56,249 nucleotides of DNA from Solirubrobacteraceae bacterium (GTDB taxonomy: Bacteria; Actinomycetota; Thermoleophilia; Solirubrobacterales; Solirubrobacteraceae): positions 1 through 56,249 of the forward strand of contig DAIPIC010000001.1 in NCBI GenBank assembly GCA_036771025.1, written 5' to 3'. Under the pieces are notes generated by a model. That model searched no databases and was not told where the DNA came from. It saw nothing but the letters and a program-made list of their open reading frames with translations. The position numbers were made by a program, and so were the translations under genes. Shown here piece by piece: positions 28,169-38,373 of the stretch. Every line of letters starts with the position of its first letter. The first letter of the stretch is position 1.

Positions 28169-28350
28169 AGGATTCGTTCCGGTGCGGTGGCATCTCGGCA
28201 GCGCGATGCCGGATGCGGCCGGGTGCGGTCAGTGTACTTGTAGGACCTTGTTCGGCCTGCCGTTTCGGGCTCCTGCCGCAAGCCGCGGGCCGCCGCCCGG
28301 ATGCTGGCCGCGCCCGACGCGTTCGCGCCTAGGCGGCGATACTTGAGGCG

Positions 28351-29679
28351 GTGCCCGTCGAGGAGCTTGTCGAAGCCGCCGAGGTCTCCGGCCGGACGCC
28401 GAGGGTCCCCTGGCCGCGGCCACCCGAGCGGCTGGCGCCGGCCCGCGTCGCCTGGACCGCGCTATGGACCTCGCGGCTTGTGGTGCTTCTCTCCGGCGTG
28501 CTGGCCGTGCTCTCCTTCGGTACGGCGACGAATGCCCGGCAGTTTGACCAGCTTAGGCTGACCGCCCCCTTCGGGTACTTCGGCAATCTGCTCGTTTCGC
28601 CGCTCGCCCGGTGGGACTCCGCCTGGTACTTGGCGATCGCGCAAGGAGGCTATGACCACAGCCCGGAGCGCACGACGTTCTTCCCTCTCTACCCCATGCT
28701 CGTCCGCGGCGTAGGAGAGGTGGTTCGTTCCGAGCTGATCGCCGGCGTCGTGATCTCGCTGGCCTGCTTCGCGGTCGGTCTGGTCTTCCTCTACCGGTTG
28801 ACGGCGCTTGAGCTCGGCGACGAGCGGGCGCGCATCTGCGTGATGCTGCTGGCGTTCTCCCCGATGGCCTACTACTTCTCGGCCGTCTACACGGAGTCGC
28901 TGTTCCTGGCGTTGTCGGTGGGCTGCATCTACCAGGCGCGGCGCGGGCGGTGGGCGTGGGCCGGTGTGCTCGGGGCCCTGGCGGCAGCGTCGCGCAACAC
29001 CGGCCTCATGCTCGTCGTACCGATCGCACTGCTGTTCCTGTATGGGCCCAGGGGCGACCGTCCTCCGCCTGCCCCCGCGGTGCCTGGGGTACTGAGCAGG
29101 TTGCGGCCGCGCTACCCGATCGGCCGCGAGCTCGCTTGGGTCCTGCTCGTCCCGGTCGGTCTCGCCGCGTACATCGTGTTCCTGGCTCTCACCACGGGCG
29201 ACGGGCTGACGCCGTTCAGCGCCGAGCAGTACTGGTATCACCACTTCGCCGGGCCCCTCGGCGGCGTGTGGGATGGTGCGGTGGCAGCCTGGGACGGGCT
29301 TCGCCAGCTGCTGCACGGCCCGCCTCCGCCCGTGTACTTCAAGGCCGCGGGCGGCAATCCCCTGACCGTCGCGGGCCAGAACCTGATGCTGTTCGGGTTC
29401 CTGGTGGCGGGGTTCATCGCGTTTGTGGGGGTCGTGCGGCGCCTGCCGTTCGCGTACGCCGCATACACGTTTGCCGCCCTGGCCCCGGCGCTGTCCTACC
29501 CCATCACTCCCCAGCCGCTCGACTCGCTGCCGCGTTATGAGGTGGTGCTGTTCCCTCTGTTCATGTGGGCCGCGAGGTGGGTACACGCGCGGCGTGTCGA
29601 GCCGCAGGTGATCGCCTGCTCCGCCGTCCTGCTCGGCCTGTTCACGGCCGAGTTCGCCACCTGGCGGTTCGTTTCTTGA
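28351..29679 (+). CDS. GT-C mannosyltransferase, PIG-V/Gpi18-like
   Basis: ARWDSAWYLAIA, FFPLYP, YTESLF, ASRNTG, LPRY; polytopic. Confidence 0.82.
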   Translation: MPVEELVEAAEVSGRTPRVPWPRPPERLAPARVAWTALWTSRLVVLLSGVLAVLSFGTATNARQFDQLRLTAPFGYFGNLLVSPLARWDSAWYLAIAQGGYDHSPERTTFFPLYPMLVRGVGEVVRSELIAGVVISLACFAVGLVFLYRLTALELGDERARICVMLLAFSPMAYYFSAVYTESLFLALSVGCIYQARRGRWAWAGVLGALAAASRNTGLMLVVPIALLFLYGPRGDRPPPAPAVPGVLSRLRPRYPIGRELAWVLLVPVGLAAYIVFLALTTGDGLTPFSAEQYWYHHFAGPLGGVWDGAVAAWDGLRQLLHGPPPPVYFKAAGGNPLTVAGQNLMLFGFLVAGFIAFVGVVRRLPFAYAAYTFAALAPALSYPITPQPLDSLPRYEVVLFPLFMWAARWVHARRVEPQVIACSAVLLGLFTAEFATWRFVS

Positions 29680-30380
29680 ATCGCCCGCTCAAGGCGGTGT
29701 TACTGGACGCGCTCGGGACGCTCGTCGCACTGGAGCCTCCGGCGCCGAGGCTCCAGCAGGCGCTGCTGGAAGGCTTCGGAGTGTCGGTTTCCGAGCTTGA
29801 CGCCGAGCGGGCCATCGCCGCCGAGATCGCCTACTACCGCTCCCATCTCGACGACGGGTGCGATGAGACGGCGCTCGCGGCGCTCCGCCTCCGGTGTGCG
29901 CGGGCCATGGGCCGGGCGCTGCCCGCTGAAGCCCGTGAGCACCTAGATCCGAACGCGCTCGTGTCGGTGCTGCTTCAGTCCCTTGAGTTCTCGGTGTTCG
30001 ACGACGTGCGACCGTCGCTTAGCGCAATTCGCGCTCGCGGCCGCCGGGTGGTCGTCGTTTCCAACTGGGACATCTCGCTCGCCGATGTACTCGGGCGCTC
30101 GCGGCTGACTGCCCTGTTGGATGGGATCGTCGCCTCGGCGGGGGTCGGTGCGCGCAAGCCGGCGGCGGAGATCTTTGAGCATGCGCTGCAGCTCGTCGGA
30201 GCCTGCCCCGCCCGGGCTGTCCACGTTGGGGACAGTGTCGTCGAAGACGTCGAGGGCGCTCGCGGCGCCGGCATCGAAGCCATCCTGCTGCGCCGCGACG
30301 GCGCCCCCGGCCCGCCGGGGGTGAGGACGATCAGCAGCCTGACGGAGTTGGCCACGGTCATCGAGGCGGCCGAACCCTAA
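29676..30380 (+). CDS. HAD-IA family hydrolase
   Basis: LLDALGTL, VVSNWD, RKP, HVGDSVVEDVEGA; TTGA overlap sets the start. Confidence 0.88.
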   Translation: MNRPLKAVLLDALGTLVALEPPAPRLQQALLEGFGVSVSELDAERAIAAEIAYYRSHLDDGCDETALAALRLRCARAMGRALPAEAREHLDPNALVSVLLQSLEFSVFDDVRPSLSAIRARGRRVVVVSNWDISLADVLGRSRLTALLDGIVASAGVGARKPAAEIFEHALQLVGACPARAVHVGDSVVEDVEGARGAGIEAILLRRDGAPGPPGVRTISSLTELATVIEAAEP

Positions 30381-30395
30381 CCTTGGTCGCCTCTC

Positions 30396-31256
30396 ATGGC
30401 GTCCGAACCAAGCACAACCAGCTCGTCGCCGAACGGTCCCCAATGGCGTCTTGGGATGGCGCCGGCGTCCGTCGTGTCCGGCCTCGCGGGGGGCGTGTTT
30501 GCGGCCACGATCGTCGCGGTGGTCGGACACTCGGCTGGCTCCAGTCTCTCCCATCCTACTCCTGCCGTCAGCCTTACCAGCGATCTCGTGTTCGACCTGG
30601 CATTCGTCGCCTCGGCGCTGTACTTCGCCGCGCTGCGAGGTCGCCCTCGAGCCAGCGACTTCGGGTTCAGGCGGGTGTCACTCAAGCGGGCGGCCGGCGC
30701 GGTCGCCGCGGCCGCGGTCGCCTACTACGTGTTGACCGGCATCTACGCGGCCGTGTTCAAGCTGCACGCCAACGACAAGCTGCCGAGCGAGCTGGGGGCC
30801 GGCAAGAGCACCGCCGCGTTGATCGCCGCCGGGGTGTTCGTGTGCGTGATCGCGCCGATCGCGGAGGAGTTCTTCTTTCGCGGCTTCCTGTTCGGCGTCC
30901 TCAGGCGCTGGAAGATCCGCCTGGGAGGCCGGGACGTCGGGACCTGGCTGGCGGCCGTGGTCGTCGGGATCTTGTTCGGCCTCGCCCATACCGGATCAGC
31001 CTCCGCCGTATACCTGATTCCCCTGGGCTTCTTGGGATTCGTGCTGTGCATCGTCCGTTGGAAGACGAGATCGCTCTATCCGTGCATGGCCCTCCACAGC
31101 CTCAACAACTCACTGGCCCTGGGAATCAACCAGCTGCACTGGAACGCCGCGGAGATATTGGGTCTGATCCTGGGCTCCCTGCTCGTAATCGGCGCGGCGA
31201 CCGTTCCGCTTGCGCGTCCCGTCCTGGTCGAGCAGCACCCGGCGGTACACCCATGA
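30396..31256 (+). CDS. CPBP (CAAX protease-like, Abi) intramembrane glutamic/metalloprotease
   Basis: EEFFFRG, FGLAH, HSLNN. Confidence 0.92.
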   Translation: MASEPSTTSSSPNGPQWRLGMAPASVVSGLAGGVFAATIVAVVGHSAGSSLSHPTPAVSLTSDLVFDLAFVASALYFAALRGRPRASDFGFRRVSLKRAAGAVAAAAVAYYVLTGIYAAVFKLHANDKLPSELGAGKSTAALIAAGVFVCVIAPIAEEFFFRGFLFGVLRRWKIRLGGRDVGTWLAAVVVGILFGLAHTGSASAVYLIPLGFLGFVLCIVRWKTRSLYPCMALHSLNNSLALGINQLHWNAAEILGLILGSLLVIGAATVPLARPVLVEQHPAVHP

Positions 31257-31828
31257 GCCTCGAAACCAACACCGCCGCCCGAGATCGTTTGATCGCCGAG
31301 CTCCGCACACACGCGCTGCTCATCGGCGAGGTGGTACTGACAAGTGGCCGAACGGCGCAGTACCTGGTCGACGCCAAGCGCGCCATCCTACGTCCGGCCG
31401 GCTTCCGGGCCCTGGCGGAGCTGGTCGCCGCCCAGGCGCGCGCCTGGGATGCGACAGCGGTCGGCGGTATGACGATGGGTGCCGATCCCATCGCCTGCGC
31501 GGCACTGGCCGGAGGGGCGGACGTCAAGGGCTTCTTCGTTCGCAAGGAGGTCAAGCAACACGGCCTCTCGCGGCGGATCGAGGGCCCGGACCTCGAGTCT
31601 TCCGAGCGCTGCATGCTGGTCGAGGACGTTGTGACGACCGGAGGGTCGACGATTCGCGCCCTGGACGCCCTGAGGGGCGAGGGCCACGATGTCTGTGGCG
31701 TGCTGGCGATCTGCGACCGCCTCGCCGGCGGCGCCCGAGCAATTGAAGCTGCCGCGGGTGCTCCGTTCGTCGCGTTGACGACGATCGACGACGTCTATCC
31801 GGAGCGCCCGGACCGGTCAGACAGCTAG
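31253..31828 (+). CDS. pyrE: Orotate phosphoribosyltransferase
   Basis: LTSG..YLVD, GGMTMGADP, VRKEVKQHG, LVEDVVTTGGS; ATGA overlap sets the start. Confidence 0.93.
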   Translation: MSLETNTAARDRLIAELRTHALLIGEVVLTSGRTAQYLVDAKRAILRPAGFRALAELVAAQARAWDATAVGGMTMGADPIACAALAGGADVKGFFVRKEVKQHGLSRRIEGPDLESSERCMLVEDVVTTGGSTIRALDALRGEGHDVCGVLAICDRLAGGARAIEAAAGAPFVALTTIDDVYPERPDRSDS

Positions 31829-31842
31829 CGGCAGCATCACCA

Positions 31843-31914
31843 TGCCCCCGGCAGGAATCGAACCTGCATCCCGCGCTTAGGAGGCGCGTGCTCTATCCGT
31901 TGAGCTACGAGGGC
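31843..31914 (-). tRNA. tRNA-Arg (anticodon CCT), CCA not encoded
   Basis: Minus strand GCCCTCGTAGCTCAACGGATAGAGCACGCGCCTCCTAAGCGCGGGATGCAGGTTCGATTCCTGCCGGGGGCA folds as a cloverleaf. Confidence 0.96.
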
Positions 31915-32046
31915 GCCGGCAGAGCGTAGCTACAGCTCGTCTCCCCGCCGCGGTTGAAGCGTGACAACCAATATGGGCTGTGCTATCCCGCCTGGAGTGG
32001 AGGAGGAGGAGGGACCCACTCTGGCGTATCGAAGCCCGGATCGCCG

Positions 32047-33210
32047 ATGAGCGCCGGGCCACCCGAGCTCGTTTCAGATCTGAAGACCCCGCCCGAGGAG
32101 CAGTGGGGCGCTCTCGATGCCGCGGGCGCGGCGGACGCCGCCCCTCGGCAGTCTTGGCGGCGGGTGCTCGGCGATCGGGCGGCGATGGTCGCCGCAGGGT
32201 GCATCCTCGTGCTGGCCCTGGTGGCCATCTTCGCGCCCCTGATCGTCAAGGCGATCGGCGCGCCCGGGCCGTATGCGGCCGACCCGGGCGCCCGCGACCA
32301 GTTCGGCGATCCGACCGGTCCTTCTGCGGGCGCGCTGTGGCCCTTCATCGCCCTGGTGGCGGGCGCTGCGCTCGCCGCCGTCTCGCGGTTGATTCCGGTC
32401 GCGCCCGTCAGGCGCTACGGATGGGCCGTCATCTCGGGCGCCGCGTTGACGGCCACGGTAGCCACGGCTGTCGTCTTCTGGCCGAACGCGCACCACATCC
32501 TCGGGGTCGACAAGGAGTTTCGTGACCTCTTCAGTCGCGTCCTCTACGGCGTCCGCCTTTCGTTGGAGGTAGCGGCCATGGCCGCGGCGGTGTCGCTGAT
32601 CATCGGACTGGCGTTCGGCGTGGTGGCCGGTTACTTCAGGACTTGGGCCAGCGCGGCGATCTCCCGGCTGCTCGACGCGGTGGTCGCGCTGCCGATCGTG
32701 GTGCTGGCGCTCGGCGTCGCCGCCACCTGCAAGCTGGGGAAAGGGTGCCTGGGCGGAGTGCTGCACCCGGGGCTGGGGGTGGTGACCGTCGTGATTGCGT
32801 TCGTCAACTGCGCCTACATCGCACCTGTCATGCGCGACCGGGTGCTCTCGCTGCGAGAGAAGAAGTTCGTGGAGACCGCGCGGTCCATGGGGATCCCCAG
32901 CGCCAGGATCATCCTCGATGACATCGCGCCCAATCTCCTCGCGCCCGCAGCCGCCTCCGCGGCGCTGATCATCGCGCAGGACGTGCTCTTCATGGCCGCG
33001 CTCTCGTATCTGGGCATCGGCGTCCAGTTTCCGCAGGCCTCGTGGGGAGCGATGCTTTCCGATGCCAACTCGGTGCTCGACACGGCGTGGTGGTATTTCG
33101 TGTTCCCCGGGGTGGCGCTATTGGGGACCGTGCTCGCGTTCAACCTGTTTGGGGATGGTCTGCGAGATGCGCTGGGCGAGCGAGAGGGAAAGGCCGAACG
33201 CGGGCCGTGA
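32047..33210 (+). CDS. Peptide/nickel ABC permease, OppC/DppC-like (divergent)
   Basis: HILGVD..RDLFSR, EAA-like FVETARSMG, SWGAML, FNLFGDGLRDAL; start uncertain. Confidence 0.85.
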   Translation: MSAGPPELVSDLKTPPEEQWGALDAAGAADAAPRQSWRRVLGDRAAMVAAGCILVLALVAIFAPLIVKAIGAPGPYAADPGARDQFGDPTGPSAGALWPFIALVAGAALAAVSRLIPVAPVRRYGWAVISGAALTATVATAVVFWPNAHHILGVDKEFRDLFSRVLYGVRLSLEVAAMAAAVSLIIGLAFGVVAGYFRTWASAAISRLLDAVVALPIVVLALGVAATCKLGKGCLGGVLHPGLGVVTVVIAFVNCAYIAPVMRDRVLSLREKKFVETARSMGIPSARIILDDIAPNLLAPAAASAALIIAQDVLFMAALSYLGIGVQFPQASWGAMLSDANSVLDTAWWYFVFPGVALLGTVLAFNLFGDGLRDALGEREGKAERGP

Positions 33211-34166
33211 CGCGTTACCTCGTCCGCCGCCTCGCGTGGGTGATCGTGCTCCTGGTTGGAGCGGCAACGCTCACCTTCGTCATCTTCTACCTGTTTCCGT
33301 CGGGCGATTCCGCTGTTCTGCGCGCCGGGCCTCACCCCACACCGCAGACCCTCGCGACAATCCGGCACAAGCTCGGGTTGAACAAGGCGTGGTACGTCCA
33401 GTACTTCGACTACATGAAGGCGCTCGTCCTTCATTTCGACTTCGGTTACAGCTATCAGGACCACGTCGCCGTCCGCACTCAGATCTTCAGCCAGCTGCCG
33501 GCGACTATTTCCCTGGTCATCGGCGCCGCCGTCCTGTGGCTCATAACGGCGACGACGCTCGGCACCGTCGCCGCCCTCAGGCGTGATTCCCGCTTCGACC
33601 GGCTCACCACCGCAGCGGCGACGCTGTTCATCTCGGCGCCCGTGTTCTGGGTGGGGATGATCAGCCTCTACCTGTTCGCCTCGGATATCGGCAAGCTCCC
33701 GATCCTCCCGGGAGCTGGGAGATACGTTCCGCTCACGCAGGACGCTGGGCGGTGGTTCACCTCGCTGATCCTGCCCTGGTGCGCCTTGACCGCCGGGTTC
33801 TCCGCGTTCTCCACCCGACTGTTGCGGTCCACGATGATCGAGACCCTGTCCGAGGGCTACATCCATTCGGCACGCGCCAAGGGGATCTCCGAGCGAAGGG
33901 TGATCGTGTGGCACGCGCTGCGGGTAGCGATCGCCCCCGTCGTCAGGGCCGCGGGCGTCGGCATTGGGATTGTTCTCATCGGGGCGATGCTTACCGAGAC
34001 GGTCTTCAACATCCCCGGGATCGGACGCTTGACCTATGACTCCATCCGAGCGCGGGATCTGGCGATGATCCAGGGAACGGTGCTGCTCGGCGCCTGCCTC
34101 GTCGTGCTCTGCAAGCTCGCAGTGGACGTGGTCCACGCGCTCATCGACCCGAGGGCCCGCCGGTGA
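33207..34166 (+). CDS. Peptide/nickel ABC permease, OppB/DppB-like
   Basis: RYLVRRL, LPATISL, SARAKG, ETVFNIPGIG, LIDPR; GTGA overlap. Confidence 0.88.
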   Translation: MTRYLVRRLAWVIVLLVGAATLTFVIFYLFPSGDSAVLRAGPHPTPQTLATIRHKLGLNKAWYVQYFDYMKALVLHFDFGYSYQDHVAVRTQIFSQLPATISLVIGAAVLWLITATTLGTVAALRRDSRFDRLTTAAATLFISAPVFWVGMISLYLFASDIGKLPILPGAGRYVPLTQDAGRWFTSLILPWCALTAGFSAFSTRLLRSTMIETLSEGYIHSARAKGISERRVIVWHALRVAIAPVVRAAGVGIGIVLIGAMLTETVFNIPGIGRLTYDSIRARDLAMIQGTVLLGACLVVLCKLAVDVVHALIDPRARR

Positions 34167-35044
34167 GCATGCTCCTCGAGGTCGAGGACCTGGGCGTCGA
34201 CTTCAGCACTCCGGGCGGAGTGGTGCGCGCCGTGGACGCGGTCTCGTACTCGGTCGAGAAGGGGAAAACGCTCGCGGTCGTCGGCGGGCCAGGCTCCGGG
34301 AAATCCGTCTCATCGCTCGCGCTCCTAGGGCTGTCTTGGAACGCGACGGCTCGCATATCGGGTCGTGTCGTGTTCGCGGGCCGGGATCTTCTGAACCTCC
34401 CGGACGACGAGCTGCGCACGATCCGCGGCGACGAGATCGGGATGGTGGCCCAGGACCGGTCTTCGTCGCTTCACCCCTTGCACCGGGTGGGCACTCAGCT
34501 GATCGAGACGATCGTGGCGCACCGGGAGATCTCGAAGGCCGCTGCCCGGGACCGGGCGATCGACCTGCTGGAGCTGATTGGTGTCCCTGAACCGCATCGT
34601 CGGGTCGACCAGCTCCCGGATGAGCTGTCGCCGTCCATGCGCCGCCGGGCCAGTATCGCCATTGCGCTGGCCAACGAGCCCGAGCTGCTGATCGCAGACG
34701 AGCCGACGGGCGGCCTAGATCTGACCGTTCAGGCGGAGATTCTCGAGCTACTGGGGCGAATCCAGAAGCGGCTGGGCATGGCGATCGTCCTCTTCTCCCG
34801 CGACCTGGCCGTGGCAGCGGAGCTCGCCGAGGAGATCTGCGTCATGTGCACGGGCCGCATCGTCGAGCACGCTCCTACCGAGCGGATCCTCGACTCGCCC
34901 CAGGACCCCTACACGTCGTCGCTACTGCGGGCGAGCCTCTGGCCGCAGGTCAAGGAAGGCTCGGACCAGCCTGCGATCACTCCTCGTCCTCGACATACAG
35001 CGACTCCCGAGCCAGCTCCTGGCCGCGCTGATCCCAGAGCTTGA
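34163..35044 (+). CDS. OppD/DppD-like ABC ATPase with degenerate catalytic motifs
   Basis: Walker A GGPGSGKS and Walker B LLIADEPT present; signature is LSPSM and H-loop is FSRD. Confidence 0.82.
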   Translation: MSMLLEVEDLGVDFSTPGGVVRAVDAVSYSVEKGKTLAVVGGPGSGKSVSSLALLGLSWNATARISGRVVFAGRDLLNLPDDELRTIRGDEIGMVAQDRSSSLHPLHRVGTQLIETIVAHREISKAAARDRAIDLLELIGVPEPHRRVDQLPDELSPSMRRRASIAIALANEPELLIADEPTGGLDLTVQAEILELLGRIQKRLGMAIVLFSRDLAVAAELAEEICVMCTGRIVEHAPTERILDSPQDPYTSSLLRASLWPQVKEGSDQPAITPRPRHTATPEPAPGRADPRA

Positions 35045-35591
35045 TCTCGAGGAAGTCCTGCCTGTAGTTGTCTGGGGCGATGAGCGTGAACCGGTCGTCG
35101 AGCAGCTCGCACTGATCGACCGCCAGGTTGGCGAGCTCGGCGGTGACAAGCGCGCCCCCTGCGATCAGGGGCAGACCCCACACCAGCGTGATGTCGGCGG
35201 TGTTGCCCTCCTCCCCTCTCCAGGAGCCGATCACCTCATCGTTGAGATCCAGCTTCCAGTCGGGATTCTCGTCGGCCACCTCCGAAGTGAAGTCCGCACT
35301 TGCGGCGAAGTCGCTGGGACCTCCCGAGCCTTCGCGGAACGACACATAGCCGAAGACCTCGTAGCCGTTCCCCGTTCGGGTCACGCCCGGCAAGTATGTC
35401 CGCCCGGCGTAGGTGCGGTCCGGGAACCAGGCGATCTCGCCGATATCACCGAGCTCTGCCCCCTCGGTGTCGATCCTCTCGCACGCGCCGCGGAAGTGCT
35501 CGCCCAGCGTGCTCGCCCAGCGGCCGTAGGGAAGCGGCTCCTGTGGCGGCTCCGCGGCGAAGCTGATCACGAACCGGTCCGTGGGCGGCAT
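34977..35591 (-). CDS. Hypothetical acidic protein
   Basis: Protein-like composition, own TAGGCT -10 element 9 nt before ATG; no motif recognised. Confidence 0.7.
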   Translation of the reverse strand: MPPTDRFVISFAAEPPQEPLPYGRWASTLGEHFRGACERIDTEGAELGDIGEIAWFPDRTYAGRTYLPGVTRTGNGYEVFGYVSFREGSGGPSDFAASADFTSEVADENPDWKLDLNDEVIGSWRGEEGNTADITLVWGLPLIAGGALVTAELANLAVDQCELLDDRFTLIAPDNYRQDFLEIKLWDQRGQELARESLYVEDEE

Positions 35592-35662
35592 CGGCGGCGT
35601 AGCCTACCTGCGAGGGTTCACTGCGCTGGCCTGCGCTCCGCGGTCGCCGGGCGCAGGCCGGC

Positions 35663-37216
35663 TCAGAACGCGCCGCGAGCGCTCAGGACCGCGGGGATCG
35701 TCTTGAGCAGGATCGAGAGGTCGAGGAACACAGACCAGCGCTCGAGGTACAGGAAGTCGAGCCTGACGAGATCATCGAAATCGAGCTCGGCGCGCCCCGA
35801 GACCTGCCACAAGCCGGTGATGCCAGGAAGGACGAGGTACCGCTTCTTGTGCCACTCCTCGAGATGCTCGAAATCGCGCATCGGCAAGGGTCGCGGGCCA
35901 ACCAGGGACATCTCCCCCCGGACCACGTTGACCAGCTGGGGAAGCTCGTCCAGCGAATAGCGGCGCAGGAACCGCCCCACGGCCGTCAGCCTGGGGTCAC
36001 GGCGGATCTTGAACAGCGCCCCCGATTGCTCGTTGAGCGACTCGAGGTCCGCCTGGAGCTGATCGGCATGCTCGCGCATTGTGCGGAACTTGAAGCAGTG
36101 AAACGGCTTGCCGCCGATGCCCGGCCGGATCGAGCGATAGATGACCGGACCGCGCGAGGAGAGCTTGACCGCGATCGCGATCGCCAGCAGCACCGGTGCC
36201 AGAACGATCAGTCCCAATGTCGATACGACGAGATCGAAGGAGCGCTTCAGCGCGTAGTCGATCCCCTCGAACACCGGCGGACGGAGCGTGAACAGGGGCA
36301 CCGTCTGACCGGGCACAAACTCCGCCCTGTCCAACAGGATCTCCATCGTCGAGGGCGCCACCTGCACCGTGACACCCCGCCGGTGACAGAGATCGACCAG
36401 CTCCACGGCCCGCTCCTGTGGAAACTCCGGGTCGGCGATGATCACCTCCTGAACGCGCTCCCGACCCAGCACCGCCGGCAGATCCTCCAGGCGCCCCAGC
36501 GAGCGCAAGCCATTCTCGGGGCGTGGGGAGAGGGAGACGTAGCCGACCACGTCGACCTGCATCGGCGATTCGCCCGAGAGCGCCTGCGCCACGGCCTCGA
36601 TGTGCTTGCCCGTCCCGACGAGCAGCGCGCGGCGGGTATAGCCGGCCCGCTCGAGCAACCAACCGGTCACGCGCGTGTGCAGATAGCGGAGGCCGGTGAT
36701 GTAGACGGTCCCGAAGAACAGCGACCCGTAGAAGACGTAGTAGCTGGTGAAGTGCTGGCCATCCGCAAGCGCGAACACGAGCGCGATCACGGTGGCTTGA
36801 AACAGCGCCGAGGCAATGCGAGCCAGCCCGGGGCGCCTGGTCCTCTCTGCGTACAGATCGACGCGGGCGAACATCAGCACCGTCACCAGGTAGGCAAACG
36901 CAACCCAGTGGCGGCTCTGCGACCATGCGTCGGCGAAGCTCGAGTGCTCGCGCACGGCGACCTTGAGGCCGAGCGCGGTGATCAGCGCGGCGAAGACCCC
37001 GACGAAGTCGAGCACAAGCAGCGACAGCACGCGCGCGACTCTGCGCGCCGTTTCGAGCCGTAACAGGAACGAGAGCACGGGCGGCCGCTTGCGCCGCACG
37101 TCGCGCTCGCTCCGAAGGAGCGCTACCGAGCCCCTGAGGGCTCCGTTTTCTGCCGTCCTCGTAGCTTCTCGCCGTTCGATGCTCACGTAGCTCTCAGGCC
37201 TCTCACTCCCCGCCAA
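35663..37216 (-). CDS. Polyprenyl-phosphate sugar-1-phosphate transferase (WcaJ/WbaP-like)
   Basis: KRSFD, FKFRTM, DPRLT, SLDELPQL, MSLVGPRP, PGITGLWQV; start uncertain. Confidence 0.92.
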   Translation of the reverse strand: MAGSERPESYVSIERREATRTAENGALRGSVALLRSERDVRRKRPPVLSFLLRLETARRVARVLSLLVLDFVGVFAALITALGLKVAVREHSSFADAWSQSRHWVAFAYLVTVLMFARVDLYAERTRRPGLARIASALFQATVIALVFALADGQHFTSYYVFYGSLFFGTVYITGLRYLHTRVTGWLLERAGYTRRALLVGTGKHIEAVAQALSGESPMQVDVVGYVSLSPRPENGLRSLGRLEDLPAVLGRERVQEVIIADPEFPQERAVELVDLCHRRGVTVQVAPSTMEILLDRAEFVPGQTVPLFTLRPPVFEGIDYALKRSFDLVVSTLGLIVLAPVLLAIAIAVKLSSRGPVIYRSIRPGIGGKPFHCFKFRTMREHADQLQADLESLNEQSGALFKIRRDPRLTAVGRFLRRYSLDELPQLVNVVRGEMSLVGPRPLPMRDFEHLEEWHKKRYLVLPGITGLWQVSGRAELDFDDLVRLDFLYLERWSVFLDLSILLKTIPAVLSARGAF

Positions 37217-37312
37217 AGCTGTAACGGTAACTTGGGAGGGAAGTTCCGGGAAAGCGGCCCGCCACCGCTGGATGGAAACGCCCGGCGGCGCTCAGGCGCT
37301 GGGAACAGGGCA

Positions 37313-38260
37313 TCAGGGTGCCGCGCCCACCAGAGCTTCCTTCCCGGCGTGCTCGATTGTGAGGCGAAGCCCCTCCCGGAGGTCAACGGTTGGCTCCCAA
37401 CCCAGGATCTCGCGGGCCAAGCTGATGTCCGGTTGGCGGACCTGCGGATCGTCCGTAGGGAGGGCCTCGAACACGATCTCCGAGCCTGAGGCGGTGACCT
37501 CGATCACCGCCTCTGCGAGCTCGAGCAGCGTGAACTCGTCAGGATTTCCGATGTTGACGGGCATGTGGTAGCCGGACTCCGCCAACGCGATCAGCCCACG
37601 TATCTCGTCATCGACGTAACAGAAGGAGCGGGTCTGGGAGCCGTCGCCGAAGACGGTGATGGGCCGGTCCTGCAGGGCTTGGCGCAGGAAGGTGGGAATC
37701 GCCCGGCCGTCGTGGGGGCGCATCTTGGGGCCGTAGGTATTGAATATGCGGACGATCGACGTGTCGACGCCCTGCTGCCGGTGGTAGGCCATCGTCAGCG
37801 CTTCCGCGTAGCGCTTGGCTTCGTCGTACACACCGCGTGGGCCGATGGGATTTACGTGACCCCAGTAGGTCTCGGGCTGGGGGTGGACCTGCGGGTCGCC
37901 ATAGACCTCACTGGTAGAGGCCAGCAGAAACCGGGCTCGGTGCTTTTTGGCCAGGCCCAGGGTGTGATGGGTTCCGTACGAGCCGACCTTCAGCGTGTGC
38001 AGTGGCAGCCGGAGGTAATCGATGGGCGAGGCGGGAGAGGCCAGGTGATAGACAAAGTCCACCTGCTCGTCGACGAAGTAGGGCTCGGTGATGTCCAGGT
38101 TGAGATGGACGAACCGATCGCTGCGGATGTGCTCGATATTCGCCAGCGAGCCCGTCTCCAGGTTGTCGACGCAGATCACGCGGTGGCCGCGGGCGAGCAG
38201 CTCGTCGCAGAGATGCGAGCCCAGAAACCCGGCGCCGCCGGTCACGAGGCAGGTGGCCAT
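37313..38260 (-). CDS. UDP-glucuronate decarboxylase family (SDR) protein
   Basis: [41 protein letters not shown]; start moved to ATG 38260. Confidence 0.92.
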   Translation of the reverse strand: MATCLVTGGAGFLGSHLCDELLARGHRVICVDNLETGSLANIEHIRSDRFVHLNLDITEPYFVDEQVDFVYHLASPASPIDYLRLPLHTLKVGSYGTHHTLGLAKKHRARFLLASTSEVYGDPQVHPQPETYWGHVNPIGPRGVYDEAKRYAEALTMAYHRQQGVDTSIVRIFNTYGPKMRPHDGRAIPTFLRQALQDRPITVFGDGSQTRSFCYVDDEIRGLIALAESGYHMPVNIGNPDEFTLLELAEAVIEVTASGSEIVFEALPTDDPQVRQPDISLAREILGWEPTVDLREGLRLTIEHAGKEALVGAAP

Positions 38261-38373
38261 AAGGCGGCAATCTACACGGGGGTTCTGCCTGAACGCCCGG
38301 CGGACGGGGCCGGAAAGACGCCGGGTTCGCCGAGATATGCGACGCTGCGCTACCACCGTCTAAAGGAGCCGCA

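Noticed and set aside
31843..31914. tRNA-Arg as a genomic-island integration site
   Set aside because: No integrase and no duplicated tRNA 3' end noticed; pyrE lies directly downstream
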